A stretch of 64,000 bases of DNA from Dehalococcoidales bacterium (lineage in GTDB: Bacteria > Chloroflexota > Dehalococcoidia > Dehalococcoidales > BS750m-G39). Location: the NCBI GenBank assembly GCA_034419075.1, contig DAOULR010000004.1, positions 42,511-106,510 on the forward strand, written 5' to 3'. Positions 57,833-64,000 of this stretch are shown piece after piece. The first letter of the stretch is position 1. Each line of letters begins with the position of its first letter. The position numbers and the translations under genes are program-made. The notes beneath the pieces were generated by a model. That model searched no databases and was not told the origin of the DNA. It saw nothing but the letters and a program-made list of their open reading frames with translations.

Positions 57833-58702
57833 CTACCGTCGGCCGAAGCGCATGAAGATAACGGCCAGTCCCACGATTACCAGTGCGATGATGCCGATGC
57901 CCACCCATCCCCAGACAGCGGACGTCTTTACGGTAACCCTGATTTCCAGGCTGTCCGAAGCCTGCGTGCCCGCTGCCCGGACGATGATTTCGTAGTCACC
58001 GGCGATGGCGTCAGCGGGCGTCTTGATGTTCATCTCTACGGTCTGGAAATTGCCCGCCGTCAGGGAGTTTATGTTGGTTAGGGAGAGTTCAACCGTCCAC
58101 CCCTTCGGTTTATTGGTGGAGAGGCTGATATTGTCGATATCGCCGGTGCCGTTGTTGGCTACGGCCAGCGTGAAGTAGTTATCCTTACCCGCCTGGGCCG
58201 TGGTGCTGAGGACACCGTCGGGCGTGGTCAGGTAGAGGGTGTAGCTAGGGGGTACAGAGGTTACCAACACCGTGAACTCGATGGTGCTGGTGAGGTCGCC
58301 CGAGCTTGCCCCCACCGTTATCGTGTATTCGCCCACTTCGGGGGTGACGTAGGCGACAGGGGTAGCGGTAACGACTATCTGCTCTACGCTAGCTTCCTCG
58401 CCCTCCCCTGGAGGCTCCATCCTTATATCCAGTATCTGTCGGTCACGGGGATAGGAGGGGGTAATCGAGAGCGTCCAGTCGGCGGGTCCCGTAGCCGTCA
58501 GGTCAAAGACCCGCGCCACATCCCCCGTATAGTTCAAGTCGATAGTGAAATTGACGCTGTTCCCTGAGACTATCTCCACCTTGTAAGAGTCAGCGGTAAG
58601 CTCGATGGTGGCGTCATCGTCCTGAGCTAGGACGGGGCTTAAGGGGAGAAGAATCATTAAACAGACCACTAAGATGCCGAAAGCTAACAGTCTTCTTTTC
58701 AT
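57833..58702 (-). CDS. Exported beta-rich protein with C-terminal TM anchor (NEW3/COG1470-like), first gene of the ABC-2 operon
   Basis: 289 aa. Signal peptide ...SPVLAQDD. Two similar Ig-like halves (DLTATGPADWTLSITP and LSTNKPKGWTVELS). C-terminal TM plus RFGRR. Confidence 0.55.
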   Translation of the reverse strand: MKRRLLAFGILVVCLMILLPLSPVLAQDDDATIELTADSYKVEIVSGNSVNFTIDLNYTGDVARVFDLTATGPADWTLSITPSYPRDRQILDIRMEPPGEGEEASVEQIVVTATPVAYVTPEVGEYTITVGASSGDLTSTIEFTVLVTSVPPSYTLYLTTPDGVLSTTAQAGKDNYFTLAVANNGTGDIDNISLSTNKPKGWTVELSLTNINSLTAGNFQTVEMNIKTPADAIAGDYEIIVRAAGTQASDSLEIRVTVKTSAVWGWVGIGIIALVIVGLAVIFMRFGRR

Positions 58703-58779
58703 CGTTTTGCCCCCTTGGCTAAATTGTTTCGTATCATAGCAGAGCCGCCAGCGGGTATCAAGTGATTGCCGTCACGGTT

Positions 58780-59778
58780 TTAATCGGCCAGCAGTTTTTT
58801 GACCTTCTCGGTGAAGGCGGGCAGCGCCTTCTTCCAGTCGCCGACCACGCCAAAACGGGCTTCCCGGAAGATATTGGCTTCGGGGTCTTTGTTGATGGCG
58901 ACTATGGTCTTGGAGCCGGAGCAGCCTGACATATGCTGGCTGGAACCGGAAAGGGCGACGGCGATATAGAGCTCGGGAGCCACAATCTTTCCGGTAAGGC
59001 CTATCTGGGCGCCCGCAGCCACCCATTCGTTGTCGCAGGGCGGGCGGGTGGCACCTACCGCGCCTTTGAGAAGCTTGGCTAATTCCTCTAGCTGGACGAA
59101 GCCCTCGGCGCTGCCGATGCCCCGGCCGCCGCAGACAATGACCTCGGCGTCTTCCAGCTTGATACCCTCCATCTTTTCCGCCACCTTCTCCAGCACCTTG
59201 GTCCTTATCTTCGACGGGTCGAGTCCGGCGTCAATCTTGACCACCTCGCCTTTTCGGGAGGCATCGGGCTCTAAGGGCGTCATCGCCTTGGCCCTGACGG
59301 TGGCTATCTGGGGAAAAGAATCGGTGACGAAAACAGCCTGAGCGTTGCCGCCGTAGACGGGCTTGGTCTGCAGTAATTTCTTCGAACCGGGGTCTATATC
59401 CAGCTCCAGGCAGCCCAGAGAGGCCGCTGTCTTGAGCCGGAAGGCCAGCGCCGGCGCCAGGTTACGCCCCAGTGAGGTCTGACCCAATAATATAATCTGG
59501 GGTGGTGCCTGCCCGACTACCTTTTCCATAACTGCCAGGTAAGCGTCGGTCTGGAAGTCCTTGAGCTGGGCATCATCGACGACGTAGACCTTGTCAGCGC
59601 CGTAGGCGATAGCTTCTTTAGCCAGCTCGGCTATGCCGCTGCCGATCACTACCGCCGCCAGCTCCTGCCCCAGGTCGTCGGCCAGCTTGCGGCCGCAGCC
59701 TAAAAGCTCGGTGGCGATGGTTGCCAGTTTGCCTTCTTTGGTTTCACAATAGATGAGAACGCCTTTATTTTCAGCCAT
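58780..59778 (-). CDS. etfA: Electron transfer flavoprotein alpha subunit
   Basis: 332 aa. C-terminal FAD-binding region ([26 protein letters not shown]). Confidence 0.9.
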   Translation of the reverse strand: MAENKGVLIYCETKEGKLATIATELLGCGRKLADDLGQELAAVVIGSGIAELAKEAIAYGADKVYVVDDAQLKDFQTDAYLAVMEKVVGQAPPQIILLGQTSLGRNLAPALAFRLKTAASLGCLELDIDPGSKKLLQTKPVYGGNAQAVFVTDSFPQIATVRAKAMTPLEPDASRKGEVVKIDAGLDPSKIRTKVLEKVAEKMEGIKLEDAEVIVCGGRGIGSAEGFVQLEELAKLLKGAVGATRPPCDNEWVAAGAQIGLTGKIVAPELYIAVALSGSSQHMSGCSGSKTIVAINKDPEANIFREARFGVVGDWKKALPAFTEKVKKLLAD

Positions 59779-59788
59779 TGTCCTACTC

Positions 59789-60589
59789 CTATAATACCTT
59801 TACTTCGCGTAGTTTTGCCGCCAGGTTAGCCGCCGCTTCTTCGGGGCTTTCGCCCTCGATAATCTCACATTTGCCTTCACGCACGGGCTGGAAGAGTTTC
59901 TGCAGCTTGATGTGCCGACCCTGAGCGCCTATCTGGGAGGTTTCGACACCGATGTCGGCGGGCTTCCAGATGATGGGTTCAATTTTCTTGGCGCCCATGA
60001 TGCCCTTGATGGTGGGGTAGCGGGGCTCGCCGATTTCGTTGCTGACGGTAACGACGCAGGGCAGGGAGACCTCGACGACCTCGTAGCCGTCGTCGGTGAT
60101 ACGTTCCAGCTTGGCCTTGCCGTCGGCGGACTCTATCTTCTTGACCAGGGTGACGCTGGGCAGCCCCAATATCTCGGCGATACCCGAACCGACCTGACCC
60201 GCGTTCCAGTCGGAGGCCTCGCGGCCGCAGAAGATGATGTCGTATTCGCCTATCTTCTTGATGGCCATGGCCAGGGCGTAGGCGGTGGACCAGCTGTCGC
60301 CGCCGTCGAAGGCTTCGTCTTCCAGTAAAACCAGTTCATCGGCACCCATGGCCAGCGGTTTCTTGACGATGTCGCGGAGCTGGTTGGTGCCCAGGCTTAA
60401 GGCGGTTATCTTGCCGCCCTGGGCGTCCTTAATCTTGAGCGCCGCCTCGACGCCGTATTCGGCGTAGGGGTCGATTACGGGCGATACCCCCTGGGGAGGC
60501 ACCACCTTGTTGCTGGCCGCGTCAATCTTGAAGCTGGCGGGGGGCGCTTCGGGGTCGATTACTTGCTTGATGCAGACAATCATATTCAT
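59789..60589 (-). CDS. etfB: Electron transfer flavoprotein beta subunit
   Basis: 266 aa. MNMIVCIKQVIDPE start, typical of EtfB. Confidence 0.9.
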   Translation of the reverse strand: MNMIVCIKQVIDPEAPPASFKIDAASNKVVPPQGVSPVIDPYAEYGVEAALKIKDAQGGKITALSLGTNQLRDIVKKPLAMGADELVLLEDEAFDGGDSWSTAYALAMAIKKIGEYDIIFCGREASDWNAGQVGSGIAEILGLPSVTLVKKIESADGKAKLERITDDGYEVVEVSLPCVVTVSNEIGEPRYPTIKGIMGAKKIEPIIWKPADIGVETSQIGAQGRHIKLQKLFQPVREGKCEIIEGESPEEAAANLAAKLREVKVL

Positions 60590-60664
60590 AAAGCTCTATT
60601 CCTCCTGATTATTAAGGGCTTGGAAAGTCCAACTAAATAATTTAGCATCGGGGCTTGAGCAGTG

Positions 60665-61243
60665 TCAAGGCGAGGCGGGGGGTACGTCGATATCGATGAT
60701 AATGCCCTCGCATTTAACGGGGACTTCGAGGATGTCTTGGGGGTTTTGCTTGATTATCTCCCGGCCGCCGACATCACCGCTTAAACGGGATAGCTGTGCC
60801 TGGTATTTACGGTCGAAGATGAGGGGGTGGCCCCTCTGCTTCCTGTAGGTAGGTATGGCGATGCCCTTATTATTACTACCGAAGGCGTCAATCAAACGGT
60901 TGATGGTGGGACTGTCGACGTAGGGCTGGTCGCCGAGGACGAGCATGACTGCCTGCGCTTGGCGGTCAACGAATCTCAGTCCAGCGGCGATGGAGGAGCC
61001 CATCCCCTTTCGGTAGAGCGGGTTGACTACCACCTTGACGGGGCGACCCGAAAGCCTTTTCGTTATCTCTTCGGCTTTGTGCCCCAGCACCACGATGACC
61101 TCGGCCACCGTTGAGTCGAGTAGGTTTTTCAGGGTCTGTTCCAGAATAGTGCTTTTGCCCAGCGGCATCAGCTGCTTGAGTTTGCCCATGCGGCTGGACT
61201 TGCCCGCCGCCAACACTATCGCCGAGACTGGGCTCGCCTCCAT
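60665..61243 (-). CDS. MobA-like NTP transferase (molybdenum cofactor cytidylyl/guanylyl-transferase family)
   Basis: 192 aa. N-terminal AIVLAAGKSSRMG..K nucleotide-binding motif. Confidence 0.75.
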   Translation of the reverse strand: MEASPVSAIVLAAGKSSRMGKLKQLMPLGKSTILEQTLKNLLDSTVAEVIVVLGHKAEEITKRLSGRPVKVVVNPLYRKGMGSSIAAGLRFVDRQAQAVMLVLGDQPYVDSPTINRLIDAFGSNNKGIAIPTYRKQRGHPLIFDRKYQAQLSRLSGDVGGREIIKQNPQDILEVPVKCEGIIIDIDVPPASP

Positions 61244-62089
61244 TTATTTGGCCACCTTTTCTCTAGCCAAACTAAGGCTTACCACCCGTTCGATGCCGCT
61301 TAAATCAGTTAAAATCTCTATAGCGCCGTTGGGGAAAATGCTCTTGAGCAGAGTTGTTATCGTCTGGCTTTGACCTTGGCCTATCTCCAGCAGCATCGAG
61401 CCGCCGTCGGCGAGTTTATCCTTCGCCTGTCGACATAGCTTGGCTATCATTTCCGCACCCTCGGCGCCGCCGTCGAGGGCGAGCCTTGGCTCAAAGTTGG
61501 GGTTTAGCTCTGACTCATTGACATAGGGAAGGTTGGCCACGATAAGGTCAACGGCTTCAGGCAAAGGCTCCAGCATATCGCCCGGTAATAAAATAACCTT
61601 GTCGGCTACATCATATCGCTGACAGTTTGCTCTGGCTACCTCAAGGGCAGGGGTGGAGATATCAGTGGCGTAGATTTTGGCCTGGGGTAGTTCCAGTGCC
61701 AGACTTATGGCAATAGCACCGCAGCCTGTGCCGATGTCGGCGATGGTATGCCGTTGACGTTCGTGCGCCAGTTTCAGTACTGTTTCCACAAGCAGCTCGC
61801 TCTCAGGGCGGGGGATAAGGGTATTTTGGTTGACCTGGAATTCCCGCCCGTAAAATTCGCGATGGCCGACAATATAGGCGGTCGGCTCGCCGTTTAGGCG
61901 CCGCTCGACTAATTCTCTAAATGCTTTTTCTTCTTCAGGGCTTAGTTCACGTTCGGGGTCAATGTATAGCTGCGTGCGATTTATCTTCAAGACGTGCCGC
62001 AGCAGCAGCTCGGCTTCCAGGGAGGCATCTTCGATGGCGTTTTGGGACAGGACAGTACGACCGTGTTTTAGGGCTGTGGCAAGCTTCAC
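61244..62089 (-). CDS. prmC: Release-factor glutamine N5-methyltransferase
   Basis: 281 aa. SAM motif DIGTGCGAI. Catalytic NPPY variant ANLPYV. 4-nt overlap with prfA. Confidence 0.88.
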   Translation of the reverse strand: MKLATALKHGRTVLSQNAIEDASLEAELLLRHVLKINRTQLYIDPERELSPEEEKAFRELVERRLNGEPTAYIVGHREFYGREFQVNQNTLIPRPESELLVETVLKLAHERQRHTIADIGTGCGAIAISLALELPQAKIYATDISTPALEVARANCQRYDVADKVILLPGDMLEPLPEAVDLIVANLPYVNESELNPNFEPRLALDGGAEGAEMIAKLCRQAKDKLADGGSMLLEIGQGQSQTITTLLKSIFPNGAIEILTDLSGIERVVSLSLAREKVAK

Positions 62090-63156
62090 GCCAGCTGCCT
62101 TTCCAGCTGTTTGGCCTGCTCGCTGGCGGCCAGCGTATCGATAAGCTCGTCGAGCTCACCGTCCATGATGTGGGGCAGGTTGCGCAGGTTCTTGTCCAGG
62201 CGGTGGTCGGATAGGCGGTCCTGGGGGAAGTTATAGGTCCTTATCTTTTCGGCGCGGTCGCCCGTGCCCACCTGGGAACGGCGTTGCTGGGTGATAGCGG
62301 CTTCCTGCTTGGTGCGCTCAATGTCCAGGAGACGGGCGCGGAGCACGGACATCGCCTTGTTGCGGTTGCGGAGCTGGGAGCGTTCGTCCTGGCAGGTGCT
62401 GACCATGCCGGTGGGGAGGTGGGTGATACGCACGGCGGTGGCGACCTTGTTTACATTCTGCCCCCCCGCCCCGCGGCTGTGATAAAAGTCTATTTTAAGG
62501 TCGTCGGGGTTAATGTCCACCTCCACCTCATCAGCCTGGGGGAGGACAGCCACCGTCGCTGTCGAGGTGTGTAGCCTTCCCGAGGACTCAGTAACGGGCA
62601 CCCTTTGTACGCGGTGGACGCCTCTTTCGTACTTGAGACGGCTGAAGGCGCCCTTGCCCCTGACCTCAAAGATAATCTCCTTGAAGCCACCGATGCCGCT
62701 CTCGTTGCTGTCGATAACATCCACCTCCCAGCCCTTGGACTGGGCGTAGCGGGAATACATGCGGAAGAGATCGGCGGCGAACAGTCCGGCTTCATCGCCG
62801 CCAGCGCCGGCCCTAATCTCCATAATGATGTCGCGCTCGTCTTTGGCGTCCTTGGGCAGCAGGGCCAGCTTCAATTCTTCTAGCAGGCTTTCCTGCTGAG
62901 ATTCGAGCTTGGCTATCTCCTGCTTAGCCATGGCGGCCATCTCTTCGTCAAGTTCACCTTCGAGCATAGCCTTGGTGTCTTCCAGCTGCTTGGTGGTCGC
63001 CTTATATTTGCGGTAGCTGACGACAATATCCTCAAGGCCCGCGCGTTCCTGAGCCAGCGATTGCACCTTCTTCAGGTCGGTGGCGACTTCGGGCTGAGCG
63101 ATTTGCTTATTTAGCTCTTCGTAGCGTTTTTCTATTTTTTCCAGTCTGTCCCACAT
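62086..63156 (-). CDS. prfA: Peptide chain release factor 1
   Basis: 356 aa. GGQ motif ([12 protein letters not shown]). RF1-type P-x-T tripeptide (PVTES). Confidence 0.93.
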   Translation of the reverse strand: MWDRLEKIEKRYEELNKQIAQPEVATDLKKVQSLAQERAGLEDIVVSYRKYKATTKQLEDTKAMLEGELDEEMAAMAKQEIAKLESQQESLLEELKLALLPKDAKDERDIIMEIRAGAGGDEAGLFAADLFRMYSRYAQSKGWEVDVIDSNESGIGGFKEIIFEVRGKGAFSRLKYERGVHRVQRVPVTESSGRLHTSTATVAVLPQADEVEVDINPDDLKIDFYHSRGAGGQNVNKVATAVRITHLPTGMVSTCQDERSQLRNRNKAMSVLRARLLDIERTKQEAAITQQRRSQVGTGDRAEKIRTYNFPQDRLSDHRLDKNLRNLPHIMDGELDELIDTLAASEQAKQLERQLA

Positions 63157-63185
63157 AGTTAGACTCCGATGAAAATTATAACACA

Positions 63186-63247
63186 GGGGTGGGGGGTGCT
63201 CAAATTAAGAGTTATGCTCCACCTTGTTTGGCGAAGGTTGTTTTGTC
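63186..63247. repeat. Fragmentary termini of the MITE-like family, copy F
   Basis: GGGGTGGGGGG (63186-63196) and CTCCACCTTGTTTGGCGAAGGTTGTTTTGTC (63217-63247) resemble right and left termini of the family. No arms or hairpins retained. Confidence 0.4.
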
Positions 63248-63255
63248 AGAGCATC

Positions 63256-63284
63256 TTGACAGGCGGTAGTTGCGATTGTATTAT
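63256..63284 (+). promoter_or_regulatory. Promoter of the 63340 gene
   Basis: TTGACA, 17-nt spacer, TATTAT. Confidence 0.55.
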
Positions 63285-63339
63285 CTATCTCCCCAGATAC
63301 AATATGCTGGTCAAAAATATCTTAAAAAGGAGGCGAAAA

Positions 63340-63723
63340 ATGGCAGAGAAGAAAAAGGGGATGTCCAAGACGCAGAAGGTCCTCGGCTATATTGGTATGG
63401 CCGCCTTCAGCTTCGGTATTGTGTTTGCGATAATCTACGGAGTCGTTTCTCGGGACAACGCTAACGTAATCTTGGCACTGGTCATTCTAGGCATCGTTGT
63501 TGGCTTCCTGAACATTACCAGAAGGGAGATGGCTCTGCTTCTCCTCACTGCTGTCGCCCTCATCGTGGTGGGCAAAGCTAGCTTTTCCCCACTGAATGAC
63601 TTGGCGGACGGGCTCGGCACAAGTCTTAATGGCATTGTGAGCTATTTAGCTGTCTTCATGGCCCCGGCTGCCGTCATCACCGCTGTCCGTGCCATCTGGG
63701 CCGTGGCCCGCCCTGGGGACTAG
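63340..63723 (+). CDS. Four-TM membrane protein (127 aa), unknown function
   Basis: ATG 63340 behind AAAAGGAGG (MAEKKKGMSKTQKVLGYIGMAAFSF...). The track start 63169 runs through the promoter. Confidence 0.6.
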   Translation: MAEKKKGMSKTQKVLGYIGMAAFSFGIVFAIIYGVVSRDNANVILALVILGIVVGFLNITRREMALLLLTAVALIVVGKASFSPLNDLADGLGTSLNGIVSYLAVFMAPAAVITAVRAIWAVARPGD

Positions 63724-63821
63724 CTACTAACTAAAGTATGCTATCAAGTGATAGGACGAGCAAGCGGGCTGGGGGTTTGTACCCTTTAACCCTCTGATTC
63801 TTTGGGGAGTTACGCCCCGCT

Positions 63822-64000
63822 CTAGTGAGTAGAGGCCATCCCGTAACGCCGATAAAGCATCGGCATATCTATGTTGTGGTGCACCAGGTTCTTATTGCTG
63901 CCAGAGGTAGGCTTCGGATAGGAGTCCCTGGGCTTGACTTTCGAACCGTCACTCCTTATCCCGTAACGTCGGTAAAGCATCGGCAGGTCTACGACGTGGT
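63822..64000 (-). CDS. C-terminal 59 codons of a repeat-containing protein (gene continues beyond window end)
   Basis: Hand translation: ...HVVDLPMLYRRYGIRSDGSKVKPRDSYPKPTSGSNKNLVHHNIDMPMLYRRYGMASTH*. 43-nt blocks at 63838-63880 and 63958-64000 repeat with a 120-bp period. Confidence 0.4.
   Translation of the reverse strand, partial: HVVDLPMLYRRYGIRSDGSKVKPRDSYPKPTSGSNKNLVHHNIDMPMLYRRYGMASTH

Noticed and set aside
62086-63156. Checked the release-factor gene for the programmed +1 frameshift known from prfB.
   Set aside because: The gene is RF1 (P-V-T tripeptide, followed by prmC) and is a single uninterrupted ORF. The frameshift is a prfB feature.

Overview
This is a densely coding, high-GC bacterial chromosomal segment (about 55-60% GC judged by eye, not computed) with about 75 CDS.

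**Housekeeping content**
- Transport: a tungstate-type ABC importer (tupABC-like) behind a Moco/Tuco-like riboswitch, corA, yhhQ, an NSS transporter with a micro-subunit, and an ABC-2 exporter operon.
- Metabolism and cofactors: a crotonase/hbd/thiolase block, nnr-coaX-coaBC, prs, glyA, acpS, pcm, etfBA.
- Translation and secretion: valS, secA, an EF-G2-like paralog, prmC-prfA.
- DNA and RNA functions: family-4 udg, rnj, ftsK, uvrB, ruvAC, yebC, uvrC, a xerD-like recombinase.

I saw no rRNA, tRNA, CRISPR array, intact IS or prophage. Gene content suggests an anaerobic Chloroflexota-like organism, but that is a guess and cannot be checked here.

**Standouts**
1. Three co-transcribed collagen-like lipoprotein paralogs sit at 47.2-49.7 kb. 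Each has exactly 22 Gly-X-Y triplets and nucleotide-identical 5' ends. A fourth collagen-like lipoprotein at 42-43.2 kb is fused to a 7-blade propeller. Together they may form an undescribed surface-fibre system, possibly heterotrimeric.
2. A family of roughly 200-250-bp palindromic, G-run-rich MITE-like intergenic elements occurs at six loci. One copy has perfect 11-bp TIRs and an 8-bp target-site duplication.
3. Four small AT-rich islets are present:
   - an EVE/PUA-like plus nuclease-like fusion, translationally coupled to secA;
   - a type II R-M pair;
   - an enlarged PIN-like gene preceded by two paralogous ultra-basic micro-ORFs;
   - an orphan lipoprotein.
4. A synonymous-diverged duplicate of the ftsK 3' end brackets a small membrane-protein gene.

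**Limits.** All calls rest on hand reading of motifs and the supplied ORF track. No searches or computations were run.
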